This document shows positions 1-9,642 of a stretch of DNA of 64,000 bases, piece by piece. The stretch is taken from the IMG/VR virus record IMGVR_UViG_3300020451_002055, one strand, 5' to 3'. The position numbers and the translations under genes were made by a program. Source of the DNA: a virus. Taxonomy: Duplodnaviria > Heunggongvirae > Uroviricota > Caudoviricetes. The notes beneath the pieces were generated by a model. It made no database searches, was not told the origin of the DNA, and saw only the letters and a program-made list of their open reading frames with translations. Each line of letters begins with the position of its first letter. Within the stretch, counting starts at the first letter, position 1.

Positions 1-123
1 GTCTGCGGAATGCGAAAGGAAATCACGGATAAGCTGCAGACCCTCTTGAATGGTCTGTTCAATATGAGTTCTTACAGCTTCATGGGACGCTCTTGAGTCA
101 GCGTTTTCTTGCTCTTCGGTCAT

Positions 124-1404
124 TCATTCCTCGCAAAGCAGAAGATGGTATCCCTTCTTACCCTTTCGGATAACAAGGGCGATACCCCGACCGAGTTCCA
201 CCCTAGTGGTCTCGACGGCTCCGCTTTGCAAGAACTCTCGTGCCTGACGCTTACTCGAAGCAAGGCCCGATGAAACCAGAACAGACACGATATCAAGCTC
301 TCCCTCAACCTTTGTTCGAGAGGTCGGGATAACATCGATAAGACCCTGCGTTGATTCCGCGTTCAGCGAATCGCCCCCAAAGAGGGCCTCGGCTGCGAAC
401 ACGCACTTCTCAGCATCGATGGGTCCATGAACAAGTTCGGTCATCTCGCGAGCAAGCTCTCTCTGCAACACGCTTTTACCGGGATTCGCCTCATGATCAG
501 CGATCAGATCGATAATAGTGTCCCAACTTTGCAACGAGAACATCTTGATCAGACGCATAGCAAGCTCATCAGAGATGCTTCGCCAGTACTGAAAGAAGTC
601 CCAAGGCGATGTCATTTCTCGGTCAAGCCAGATAGCTTTACCTGAAGATTTGCCAATCTTTCTACCCTGAGAATCAGTCACCAAGGGAACAGTCAGACCA
701 AAAGCCTGAGCCCCATTGTGACGCTTTTTGATCAAATCGATACCTGAGCAAATGTTGCCCCACTGATCGCTGCCTCCGATTTGAAGTCGGCATCTTTGCT
801 CCGCGAAAAGACGCTCGAAGTCGAACGCCTGCATGACCATGTAGCCAAGCTCTGCGAATGACAGACCAGTTTCAAGTCGATCTTGAACAGCGGCACGTCG
901 AAGCATCTCATTGACAGAAACGTGCCTGCCGATCTGATCCATGAACTCGACGTATCCAAATCCATCAAACGATTTGGTATTGCCGCAGATTTCAAATCGA
1001 TCGCTTTGACCGATGACCTGACGCATCTGCAACTCAAACCCATGCACGTTGTGAAGGATTTGAGTCTTTTCGATGGCTTCCCTATCGGTTGACCTGAAAG
1101 ACGGATCGCCAATCAAGGCGGTAGACTCTCCGATCAAGCCGATGACCTTGATGCCGCTGCTCTCAAGCAGTCTGCGCATCGTCACCAAGAGAAGAAGGTT
1201 TCCGATGGTCAGAGACGGAGCGGTCGCGTCGAAGCCGCAGTAGGCGACAACGTTGCCATTGGCAAAGTAGTCCCGAAGTTCGTTGGTTTCGTCTTGGATC
1301 AGACCTCTGCGATCCAAGTCCTCGTAGACATCAATAGGCGAAACGCTGTCCCTTGATTTCAGGGACGTTGAAAAGGCATCCTGTTCCGTATGTTTCCCCG
1401 ACAT
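124..1404 (-). CDS. tyrS: Tyrosyl-tRNA synthetase
   Basis: YCGFDATAPSLTIGN (HIGH region), QAFDF, QIGGSDQWGNI, GKIGKS (KMSKS-like), FFQYW, S4-like C-terminus. Confidence 0.95.
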   Translation of the reverse strand: MSGKHTEQDAFSTSLKSRDSVSPIDVYEDLDRRGLIQDETNELRDYFANGNVVAYCGFDATAPSLTIGNLLLLVTMRRLLESSGIKVIGLIGESTALIGDPSFRSTDREAIEKTQILHNVHGFELQMRQVIGQSDRFEICGNTKSFDGFGYVEFMDQIGRHVSVNEMLRRAAVQDRLETGLSFAELGYMVMQAFDFERLFAEQRCRLQIGGSDQWGNICSGIDLIKKRHNGAQAFGLTVPLVTDSQGRKIGKSSGKAIWLDREMTSPWDFFQYWRSISDELAMRLIKMFSLQSWDTIIDLIADHEANPGKSVLQRELAREMTELVHGPIDAEKCVFAAEALFGGDSLNAESTQGLIDVIPTSRTKVEGELDIVSVLVSSGLASSKRQAREFLQSGAVETTRVELGRGIALVIRKGKKGYHLLLCEE

Positions 1405-2224
1405 GATTGATCATCACTCCGCTGTGGCTCGTTACCAGAAATTGCTTACCAGGAAATGACGCCAACAACTTGTCAATCATCCGGGCATGCCGCTCAAAAT
1501 ACACATGCATCTCGATGTTGTCAACAAGGACAATATCTGCTTCATGGATGATAGTGGGGTCGCAGAGTTGACGCAAGAGGGTGGCGATTTTTTTCTCTCC
1601 GTCCGACATGCTCTTGAAATGAACCTTGGCGTCTCCTTTGTCGATGATTACGTCCTGATAGAAGTCAACTTGCATGCCTTGGCCCTGGTTCTCTCGGCCA
1701 GCAGATTCGTAGGTACTAACCGATCTACCTAGCGAGACTTCATACCCGTAGACAATGCGCGCCATGTCCAGGAACAACTCTGCTCCGTCTGCAGGCAACT
1801 GAAACTTTTGCCTGTTGATTGTGTGATCCGCATCTACAAAGACGCATACATTTCGGTTGGGTATCTCGCATTTGACAATGCCGTCAGGGGCATGATCTGA
1901 ACGAATCTCCGCAACATAGTCCTGATTGCCATCGGTAAAGACAGCATTGATGGACATGACATTTTGATGGTTAGCAAAGTGCGGCAGACTAGGATCGTAG
2001 TCAGGATGAAAAATCATCTTACGGAAAAGAAGATCGTTCTCCCTGTTTTTGATATGTCCGAGGTTCCCGAGGAGCCTCATGGCATGAAGACCTGTTGACT
2101 TCCCGCATCCATTTGGACCGAAGAAAATGCCTATTGGTCGGATCGATCCGTCCTCATTGGCGAAGTTGAAAGTAGCGTCGCGGTATCCCGCGTAGTTCTG
2201 CAGTTGTAATGTCTTTAGCTTCAT
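1331..2224 (-). CDS. ABC/SMC-like ATP-binding protein (AAA_21-like)
   Basis: Walker A GPNGCGKST, signature MSDGEKK, Walker B VLVDNIEMH, switch VTSHS. Confidence 0.85.
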   Translation of the reverse strand: MKLKTLQLQNYAGYRDATFNFANEDGSIRPIGIFFGPNGCGKSTGLHAMRLLGNLGHIKNRENDLLFRKMIFHPDYDPSLPHFANHQNVMSINAVFTDGNQDYVAEIRSDHAPDGIVKCEIPNRNVCVFVDADHTINRQKFQLPADGAELFLDMARIVYGYEVSLGRSVSTYESAGRENQGQGMQVDFYQDVIIDKGDAKVHFKSMSDGEKKIATLLRQLCDPTIIHEADIVLVDNIEMHVYFERHARMIDKLLASFPGKQFLVTSHSGVMINHVGETYGTGCLFNVPEIKGQRFAY

Positions 2225-2290
2225 CGATAACTCCTCAAAGTAAGAGCGTGTCTCTTCGAGGTTGTTATCGACTAAACTGTGTCAACAGGT

Positions 2291-2698
2291 TCAATCTGGC
2301 TTTACGACCCAGTTGCCTTGACTATCTTTTTGGAAATGTTGCCAGGCAAACGGATAGTAGAAGGCATTCTCATATCCGCCGTCTTCAAGGATGCCCTTCA
2401 TAAGCATCCCGCCCTGGTTGTTCAGAGAATGGATAATGACGATCGAGTCTTTGTATCGATCAACCGTAGCCAAATGGCGAGCCACGGTCCTTCCGTCTTC
2501 CTCGTCCTCGTTCAACTGATTCTCTGTCTGCCAATTCAGATCATGATCTAAAAAGATAATGTCGTAGGTAACGTCCTCATCGTCGATCTTCTCGATGGCT
2601 TCAGCAGCGGTATAGACATGATCAACGGAGCAGCCGATCGATTGTTGCCTGAACTTGGAATGCCTGTTCTCATTGTCATCAAGGAAGAGGATTTTCAT
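2291..2698 (-). CDS. Stand-alone receiver-fold protein (cyclic-phosphate-processing receiver-like)
   Basis: KILFLDD, YDIIFLDHDL, IIHSLN motifs; no output domain. Confidence 0.7.
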   Translation of the reverse strand: MKILFLDDNENRHSKFRQQSIGCSVDHVYTAAEAIEKIDDEDVTYDIIFLDHDLNWQTENQLNEDEEDGRTVARHLATVDRYKDSIVIIHSLNNQGGMLMKGILEDGGYENAFYYPFAWQHFQKDSQGNWVVKPD

Positions 2699-3456
2699 GA
2701 TCGTCTCTCTGCTAAAAAGTCCGTTATTCTTTCATCGATGAGATCATAGTATAGCTCATCGATTCTCTTGTTGTCAGGATACTTTGGCAGGGTCGAGTTA
2801 TCTACCGCATCCATCATTTCAGCATCTAAGTTTTCAACGATAGCCTCTACTCTTTCAAAAGTCAGATTGCCTTCTCTGATATCAGTCAAAAGATCAGCTT
2901 CCGGTCTAGGGAAAGTTATGAAGCCTTCTTTGGCTAGCTCCTTACCTTGACTGAGAAGCCGAACCGCATGATATGCGTTCTTGATCGAATAGCCATGCTT
3001 GGCGTGCGACTCTTTTCGTTTCGCGCCAACAACGCGAGGGCTAAAGTATACATCTCCGGTCTCTTTGTTCTTCGTCTTTAGCTGAGCCTTAAGCCATTCA
3101 GAGCGGGCGAAGCCCGCAAACGGCATTAGCTGATTCTTGGCAACAAACAAAGCTCTGCTATCAAGCAGTCGTCTGCCGTATTCGGTTATCTGTAGAATGC
3201 GGTTGTCGGGAGCGAAGAGGATCTCGAACGTGTTCGGAGTTCCTTTTGCTAGCTGATGAATGAACTTAGGAAGTCCCCATACAACAACATCATCAACCTT
3301 GTTCTCATGCTGATCGAATCGCTTTCGACCTAGTAGATATTCGGCAGGCTCAACAACAAAGCCTCGACGGTCAAAGTCTGATTGCGGCGTGGCGCAGCCA
3401 TACATATGACTGCCCGTCTGTATTAGTAAATCTGGTTTGCTCCAAAAATCTTTCAA
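2695..3456 (-). CDS. Pol-beta superfamily nucleotidyltransferase (RlaP/Nuc-transf-like)
   Basis: GSHMYGCATPQSDFDRRG motif, KNAYHAVRLL helix; TTG start at 3456 chosen because GGAGGAG precedes it and it avoids overlap with the tRNA. Confidence 0.85.
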   Translation of the reverse strand: MKDFWSKPDLLIQTGSHMYGCATPQSDFDRRGFVVEPAEYLLGRKRFDQHENKVDDVVVWGLPKFIHQLAKGTPNTFEILFAPDNRILQITEYGRRLLDSRALFVAKNQLMPFAGFARSEWLKAQLKTKNKETGDVYFSPRVVGAKRKESHAKHGYSIKNAYHAVRLLSQGKELAKEGFITFPRPEADLLTDIREGNLTFERVEAIVENLDAEMMDAVDNSTLPKYPDNKRIDELYYDLIDERITDFLAERRS

Positions 3457-3474
3457 CTCTTCTCTCCTCCAAAA

Positions 3475-3551
3475 TGCCCCGCGGCGGACTTGAACCGCCA
3501 ACCTCCGATCCCAAAAAATCGATGCTCTGATCCATATTGAGCTAGCGGGGC
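3475..3551 (-). tRNA. tRNA with 8-nt anticodon loop (UUUUUGGG), identity uncertain
   Basis: Acceptor GCCCCGC/GCGGGGC+A, D stem GCTC/GAGC, anticodon stem TCGAT/ATCGG, T arm GGCGG-TTCAAGT-CCGCC; no CCA. Confidence 0.8.
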
Positions 3552-3637
3552 AGGCAGCCGAATTGATACATGGCTCCGCGTTCGCGACCTACCAAAAGAA
3601 GCGTCGGAACCTCGATGGCTGCCCAAGTTCTTATCGA

Positions 3638-4216
3638 CTAGTAGTCGATTTCTTCTTCATCCTCATCCGCTCCGCTCCAGAAAATATCCCAAGGAGCGCA
3701 ATCGTCCATCCAACCTTTGAGTCTGTTGTGGACCTTGACGGTGCGTCCAAGCTGATTAGCATAAACGTCCATCAGATGAGCGATACCTTGAGCCTCAGAA
3801 CCAGTGAGAGGATGATTCGTCATGAAAATGCCAACAGCGAGCGTTTCATTATCGCATTGAGCGGCATAAATGAGAACATGATAGCCTTCAAGGAAGAACG
3901 GAACGCCTGCTCCGTAGACCTGTTCAAGAATATCCATGTCCGAATAGCGATAGATATCGCCGGGGTAGCCAGAAAAATACTCTGCGATACCGGACACCTG
4001 ATCCATCAACCCTGACATCTGGCTCTCGATAGAAATCAGGTCATGATTAATGGCTTGCTGACAGTTCCATTCGCCAACTGATTCTTGCGGAAGAAAGATG
4101 CCTCCATTGAGAGGAGTCTTGCAGGTGGAACGAATATTCTGCAGCAACATACGGGTCAACTCGGCATAGTCGAGTGTCTCGCGCGATTGCACCTTGAAAT
4201 CTCGAACGATCTTCAT
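3638..4216 (-). CDS. Hypothetical protein
   Basis: 192-aa ORF collinear with neighbours, acidic C-terminus. Confidence 0.6.
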   Translation of the reverse strand: MKIVRDFKVQSRETLDYAELTRMLLQNIRSTCKTPLNGGIFLPQESVGEWNCQQAINHDLISIESQMSGLMDQVSGIAEYFSGYPGDIYRYSDMDILEQVYGAGVPFFLEGYHVLIYAAQCDNETLAVGIFMTNHPLTGSEAQGIAHLMDVYANQLGRTVKVHNRLKGWMDDCAPWDIFWSGADEDEEEIDY

Positions 4217-4248
4217 GCTGTTACTCTAAGGCATCATCGATACACTCG

Positions 4249-4992
4249 CTATCGAGCGACAAGATTCGACATCATCTCAAAGTGCCTGATCGGATCGAAG
4301 TCTGTTTTACCATCGGTAGACACCCGGAAGCCCCGCATGGTCAATAGCAGACTGCATAGCGACAGAGAAAACAGTCCGAAATCCGTTGACGCCATTCCAT
4401 TACATGAGCGATGTATGGCAAACGGGCTCCCCAGAGTCTCCATGATTACCTTCCATTCGCCATCGCCTCCCTGAAGGCCTAGACGGACGTATTGACCGTC
4501 CTGAGCAAGCGATTCCATGATCGCTGCATCCATGTCGAATCGTGTGTAATCTCCGCTGAGCATATGGTCCGAGAGCCGCAAATACTCGTCAGCATAACAC
4601 CCAGCTTGCAGACCCGAGAGGATGCCAACGCATCCCTTCCATTTCCTCTCATTGCTGTCGTCTTCATCATTGACCTGAATAAACCAAACAGAGTCATGCG
4701 GATAGCCAAGTTCGCCCTTCACCTCGAAGGATCGAACAACAATTCGATGCTCTCCTCTTCCTGCGATTGCCGCCAGCCGCTTCGATGCCTGTTGTCGGTT
4801 CTTCTCGCCGAGATAGGCCCATTCGGATAGCGGCTCCTCCTTTTTGAGAACAGTCATCTCATCAGAGGGCTTCGGTTTTCCTCTACGCAGCTTGCGTTCA
4901 TCCGGTTTCTTGCGACGACGATTTGAATAGTAAGAACTTTCATTCAGACGAGCGGGACTCGGTATTCTTCTAGGATTCCAAGGCATGTCCAT
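4249..4992 (-). CDS. Hypothetical protein
   Basis: 247-aa ORF, GGAGG upstream. Confidence 0.65.
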   Translation of the reverse strand: MDMPWNPRRIPSPARLNESSYYSNRRRKKPDERKLRRGKPKPSDEMTVLKKEEPLSEWAYLGEKNRQQASKRLAAIAGRGEHRIVVRSFEVKGELGYPHDSVWFIQVNDEDDSNERKWKGCVGILSGLQAGCYADEYLRLSDHMLSGDYTRFDMDAAIMESLAQDGQYVRLGLQGGDGEWKVIMETLGSPFAIHRSCNGMASTDFGLFSLSLCSLLLTMRGFRVSTDGKTDFDPIRHFEMMSNLVAR

Positions 4993-5036
4993 GATTCACC
5001 TCCGGCCCTTCAAGTAGAAAGACCAGTTTTCGGTGA

Positions 5037-5921
5037 TCAAAAATCGTTCTCGTTTTCGCCGCCGAACTGCTCGTTTGGGAAGTTCTCATCGCCGGGAAGC
5101 ATCAGTTCTCCGATATCAAGGCTCGGAGAGTGGTAAGGGATGACCGCCCAACGGCAAGAGTTGCCCGCAGTATGATACAAACGGATCGTATCATGCAGGC
5201 TCTCTCCGCTCTGAGCGGATGACTGTATGACTGTTGGCATCAGTATGTCCCTCATGAGCAAAGCCAGAAGAACCTGTTCAAAGGTCCAGTCTGTCTCTTT
5301 CATGATGCGACCAATGACCTGAGTCAGAGCCTCTTCCGCAATCTTCTTCGGCAGACCGAAGTCCATTTCGAACTTGATTTCGCGGATAAAAGAGAAGCAG
5401 TCGCGCATGCCGATCAGCATGGTTCCGTTGTGGTCATCAAGCCTGCGGTTGAATGTCGTTGCAATAGCCGGGTCATTCGAGAGAAAGCTCTTCTTCTCGC
5501 CCGTCTTTTTGTCAACAACTGTCTTGTCGTGCATCTTCAAGTTGGGAAGACGGAACATATCATCTCCCTCAACCTCGATGACTTCAAGATCCATATGACC
5601 AAGACGTTCCGGAAACTCGAAAGGCTTTTTGATAAAGCCAGGATAGTTTCGAATCACATCATTGGCATCGACGATTGTCTGAGAAACATCTCCAGACTTT
5701 CTGCGAGCAACCTCACTGTAGATATCCCTGATGTCTGCCTCGCTTAGTAGGCTTTCATCGTAAAACGTATCGTAAATGAAGTCGTCGATGCGGTCTGAGA
5801 TATCTGCCAAGAAGCTGCTGGTAGCTTTACTTAGTTGCTTGAGTAGACGCATTTTGACCTTTCTACGACTATTAGGGCCGTAGAATCTCGTATCGACATA
5901 TCTGCGATTCATCTTTACCAT
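5037..5921 (-). CDS. Hypothetical protein
   Basis: 294-aa ORF abutting upstream ORF. Confidence 0.65.
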   Translation of the reverse strand: MVKMNRRYVDTRFYGPNSRRKVKMRLLKQLSKATSSFLADISDRIDDFIYDTFYDESLLSEADIRDIYSEVARRKSGDVSQTIVDANDVIRNYPGFIKKPFEFPERLGHMDLEVIEVEGDDMFRLPNLKMHDKTVVDKKTGEKKSFLSNDPAIATTFNRRLDDHNGTMLIGMRDCFSFIREIKFEMDFGLPKKIAEEALTQVIGRIMKETDWTFEQVLLALLMRDILMPTVIQSSAQSGESLHDTIRLYHTAGNSCRWAVIPYHSPSLDIGELMLPGDENFPNEQFGGENENDF

Positions 5922-6100
5922 GGGTCGTTATCGTCTTCTATGTAGATGCCGCTGTCTCGTATGGCATCTTCTTCGTGTCTCTCATAATCATCCTCATCCT
6001 CGATGAGGCCTTCGAGATCCAAATCGGTAATGTCGCCTTCAGGGTCATAATCCTGCACATCGTCAGACAGATCGTAGTCGTAACCGGGTATGCCAGACAT
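5915..6100 (-). CDS. Small highly acidic protein
   Basis: 61 aa, D/E-rich, tightly packed in operon. Confidence 0.55.
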   Translation of the reverse strand: MSGIPGYDYDLSDDVQDYDPEGDITDLDLEGLIEDEDDYERHEEDAIRDSGIYIEDDNDPW

Positions 6101-6102
6101 GA

Positions 6103-6405
6103 TTAGGCCTTGTTCTCCACTCGATCCTCGGATTCTTCGTCATCAAGCAGGCCAAGCTCTCTGAACTTGGCTTCTTGCTTGTCCCGATCGAGATACCGCC
6201 AGGTCTCGGTTTCCCGTTCATGCTCAAGACGCATCTTCTCAAGCTCTCGCTCATGTTCGAGCTTGAGCTTTTCGCGCTTGAGGTCTCGGCTTTTCTCAAA
6301 GAACTTGCGGATATTGTCCCAGTCGTCAAGGAATGCGGCAAGAATAAACAGGCCGCCTATGAAAATGAGAGCCGCAAAAACGATTGCGATGACCATGGCA
6401 AGCAT
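6103..6405 (-). CDS. Membrane-anchored coiled-coil protein
   Basis: N-terminal hydrophobic helix followed by E/K/R-rich stretch; GAGG RBS. Confidence 0.6.
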   Translation of the reverse strand: MLAMVIAIVFAALIFIGGLFILAAFLDDWDNIRKFFEKSRDLKREKLKLEHERELEKMRLEHERETETWRYLDRDKQEAKFRELGLLDDEESEDRVENKA

Positions 6406-6408
6406 GCG

Positions 6409-6945
6409 TTACTCCTCAGTATCCTGCTGCGGAACCTGATCCCCAGCAGGCAGTTTCTTGTATCGATCGTAAACTCTTCCGTCCACCATCTGATGTCCAT
6501 TGAAAGAAACGAAATTAGTCACTTCTTCGTAGAGCCACCTATGCGGAGCATTATTGATCTGAGCCAGGTTGGTAAACGGAAAGGCCGTCAATGCCATGAG
6601 GCCTACTGTAATTGCTCCGAATATCCACTTTTGCTGAGTATAGTTGAGGTATTCTGGTTTGTCTTTGTAGTCGAGCTTTTGGTAATCGCCCTTCTTGATC
6701 TTGTTGCGATCAAGTATCTGTCGAGCCCTTTTGTCGCTGATATAGATTCCAACAACAATGAACGCCATGACAAAGCAGATGACTGAAACAACCGCAATAT
6801 TGACGGTCGCCGCTGACGACATCAACTGCTGCAACAGAATCGGAGCCTCTTCGATCGGCGGAACCGGTTCTTGACTCAGAAACTCAAGGATTTTGTTGGC
6901 GGTCGGGATGTCCATGCAGACAGTATCGCCCGGAAAGCTCTTCAC
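6409..6945 (-). CDS. Membrane protein
   Basis: Two hydrophobic segments. Confidence 0.6.
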   Translation of the reverse strand: MKSFPGDTVCMDIPTANKILEFLSQEPVPPIEEAPILLQQLMSSAATVNIAVVSVICFVMAFIVVGIYISDKRARQILDRNKIKKGDYQKLDYKDKPEYLNYTQQKWIFGAITVGLMALTAFPFTNLAQINNAPHRWLYEEVTNFVSFNGHQMVDGRVYDRYKKLPAGDQVPQQDTEE

Positions 6946-6947
6946 TT

Positions 6948-8159
6948 TCAGACATTGGGGCTCTTGAATCGCATGTAATCCTCGTAGGTGGTGACAAATC
7001 CATGAGTCTCCACCTGAAGAGGGATGGAATCTTCATTGACTTCAATCTTTTCCCACATGGGCGTATACGGCTTGCGATAATGCTCAACTTCATGGATAAT
7101 CGACGAGTAAGCGTCGGTACTTTCTCTAAGCGAATCATCTGGGAACTGCGACGGAGGACCAGGATTCCAGTAGTGGAAATCGTATACGCCTGACAATATT
7201 GCATGACCCGCAAACTGAGCATCGAGCCAAGGCGTATCCCTATTCCACTTGTTGTGCAATATCTGGTAGCCGCATGGCGAAATCCAAGGGGCACAGCCTC
7301 CCTTGTTGACGTTACTCCTGATATGGTTCAACTTGTCGAGAAAGCATATCCATCGCCAATGAATGCCAGTAGCGTTTGTAAGTCTGGCGAATCGATGACT
7401 CGGACCGCCGTTATTCAATAGGTACATGACCGGAGCAGATTCGTTTATAGATACACCAAAGTCAACGTCGGAAGTCGTGTCGTTCCAGTTGTCAATCGGA
7501 AAGTCCTTCCAACTGTCGGCGTAGTTGGTGCATTTTGAATCTTCGCCAAAAGCGTACTGCTGAGGTTCATAGAGCGTCTGCCTCATAGCCTCTGCTCTTA
7601 GCTGATTCGACCAACCTCCCCAGACATGATGGGCGTAGTTCCTGTTTGGGCTGCTTAGCTCATAATCAGCCGGAGTAAACCCTTGTAGCTCGGGCGGCAA
7701 CTGAGCTACGCATTCAGGTATCTTGTAAAGCTCCTGAAGCATTTTCTGCTTGGGCTCTTCCTCCCAGTTCCAAAGAGTCAAGCCGCCCTCGAAATCGCAA
7801 ACGACTCGATAGGGCTCCAACCCTGCCTGTTTAATAAGATCATAGAACTCGAAATACTTCGTTCTCAAAGGTTCTATGTTGTAGCCGTCGAGAAGCATGG
7901 AAACCATCTGCTCCCTATCGAGGACGCCTGTCATTGGATGCCAGAGATGCAAAACTCGGTCTCTGTAGACTTTGCTTTCTAAGAACCTGATGGCCCAGTG
8001 CGCTGATGCTTCCGCCGTGTTCGACTGAATCCGGACCCAATGCATAGGAGTAGCGAATGAGGGAGCCCCTTGAGGGTCGCCTCCCCATCCATAGAACTTG
8101 ACTTCTTCCATTCCGCTTTCGTAGTCGTCGTGTAGATTCGTTTGTCCGCCAACCGGCAT
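6948..8159 (-). CDS. Hypothetical Trp/Tyr-rich protein
   Basis: 403-aa ORF with GGAGG RBS. Confidence 0.7.
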   Translation of the reverse strand: MPVGGQTNLHDDYESGMEEVKFYGWGGDPQGAPSFATPMHWVRIQSNTAEASAHWAIRFLESKVYRDRVLHLWHPMTGVLDREQMVSMLLDGYNIEPLRTKYFEFYDLIKQAGLEPYRVVCDFEGGLTLWNWEEEPKQKMLQELYKIPECVAQLPPELQGFTPADYELSSPNRNYAHHVWGGWSNQLRAEAMRQTLYEPQQYAFGEDSKCTNYADSWKDFPIDNWNDTTSDVDFGVSINESAPVMYLLNNGGPSHRFARLTNATGIHWRWICFLDKLNHIRSNVNKGGCAPWISPCGYQILHNKWNRDTPWLDAQFAGHAILSGVYDFHYWNPGPPSQFPDDSLRESTDAYSSIIHEVEHYRKPYTPMWEKIEVNEDSIPLQVETHGFVTTYEDYMRFKSPNV

Positions 8160-8314
8160 TAGTTTTTCCTCCTGCTCAAGGGCCTATACAGTATCTCGAC
8201 ATTCTTCAAATCAAAATCCAATCTCAATGATGGAATCAGTCCAAAAGGCCGATATCAGAAGCAGGATCGCGTATCGCAAAAGAAGATATCAATAACGCAC
8301 CGCGGGAAGAAGTA

Positions 8315-8680
8315 ATGAATAAAGGTCAAGACCCCATTGAGTTCATAAGTAGATGCAGCGCCGGTAAAGAAGGCGACATAGAAATCTACAAACCATTGGG
8401 TGAACAAATGCTAGGATGCTTCTTTGATCTTTTCTGGAAACTATTGTTTAGACCGAGCGCTTGCGGAACCCTGACTGTTTCTGCAGGTGCCCAAGAAATC
8501 TTCGTAGATACCTGCTTTACTCCCTCCGAAGTATGGCTCTCTATCGGCGAGGCCGAAGGGAAACCAGGCTGCGGTCCTCAGGATGACTCCTTCGATATAC
8601 GGTATGTCCCGAAAGGATTCATTTTGATAGCTAAGACCAACAGCCCTCGAAGGAAAGTAAAATGGAAAGCAATCGGGTAG
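8315..8680 (+). CDS. Hypothetical protein
   Basis: 121-aa ORF overlapping start of next plus-strand gene. Confidence 0.55.
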   Translation: MNKGQDPIEFISRCSAGKEGDIEIYKPLGEQMLGCFFDLFWKLLFRPSACGTLTVSAGAQEIFVDTCFTPSEVWLSIGEAEGKPGCGPQDDSFDIRYVPKGFILIAKTNSPRRKVKWKAIG

Positions 8681-9642
8681 TTAATGTTGTCGGCTGGTAC
8701 GGCAAGAACAACGTCGGAGATGAGTCTTACAAATTAGCCTACAAAACTCTCTGGCCTAACGAAAACTTAGTATTCTCGGACGAGCCGGTTGAGGCAGATT
8801 ACCACATTCTCGGCGGAGGCGACATTGTTTCGCCTTCTTTTACAAAGAACAAGTTTGACAGCGTTATGAGCGTCTCTTTCCCCGCTCATGCCAACCCGGA
8901 GCAGCTAAAAGACTGCGAAAGAATATGGGTTAGAGACGAACTTTCTCTCAGTAATGCCGAGAACCTTGGACTCAAGGCTGAGTTAGTGCCCGACTTTGCG
9001 TTCGCCCTAAGACCAAATCCTGCCGATGGACTGCGAAAGATACGATCGCTCTTCAAGTCAGAAGAACTCGATCTCTATTCTCAGAGAATAGCGGTTGTCA
9101 TTAATTCCCATGTTTCGGCGGCTAGCGACAGCTTGGCGTCTAAGTACATTCAGTTCGAACGTTTTGCATGGGAGATAGCTTCTCTCGCAGACAACTTCCC
9201 GGCTAGTTTTATCTTCATTCCTTTTGGAACTTCGCCGCCATGGGATGACCGGTCGGCTGCGGCATCGGCTGCAAGTAAATGCAAGTTCTGGAAAAAGAAC
9301 TGCTGCGTTTACAACCGCTTGTCCGTACAAGAAACCCTTGACGTTCTATCCGCATGCGATGCGGCCATCAGTATGCGTCTTCATAGCTCAATCTTTTGCA
9401 CGGTCGGCCATACGCCGTTCCTTGATATAACCCACAATCATAAGAACCCCAACTTCCTGAAAACCATAGGAAAACAAGACTGGTCTATACCGTATGGATC
9501 TTTCTGTAAAGAGTCAGCTAAGACAAAACTGATGCATAGACTTGAGAGACAAAAAGAAGACTCGAAGTCGCTGCGGGAGATATCTGATGAACAACGAGAA
9601 AGACTGCGAAACAGAGCAAACTCTGTATCTTTCCTACGATAA
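8662..9642 (+). CDS. Polysaccharide pyruvyl transferase family protein
   Basis: GWYGKNNVGDE, ILGGGD, VRDELS, LVPDFAF, ISMRLHSSI motifs. Confidence 0.85.
   Translation: MESNRVVNVVGWYGKNNVGDESYKLAYKTLWPNENLVFSDEPVEADYHILGGGDIVSPSFTKNKFDSVMSVSFPAHANPEQLKDCERIWVRDELSLSNAENLGLKAELVPDFAFALRPNPADGLRKIRSLFKSEELDLYSQRIAVVINSHVSAASDSLASKYIQFERFAWEIASLADNFPASFIFIPFGTSPPWDDRSAAASAASKCKFWKKNCCVYNRLSVQETLDVLSACDAAISMRLHSSIFCTVGHTPFLDITHNHKNPNFLKTIGKQDWSIPYGSFCKESAKTKLMHRLERQKEDSKSLREISDEQRERLRNRANSVSFLR

Noticed and set aside
2291-2698. Two-component response regulator
   Set aside because: No output domain or kinase; the DHDL motif and neighbourhood fit the RNA-repair-associated receiver better
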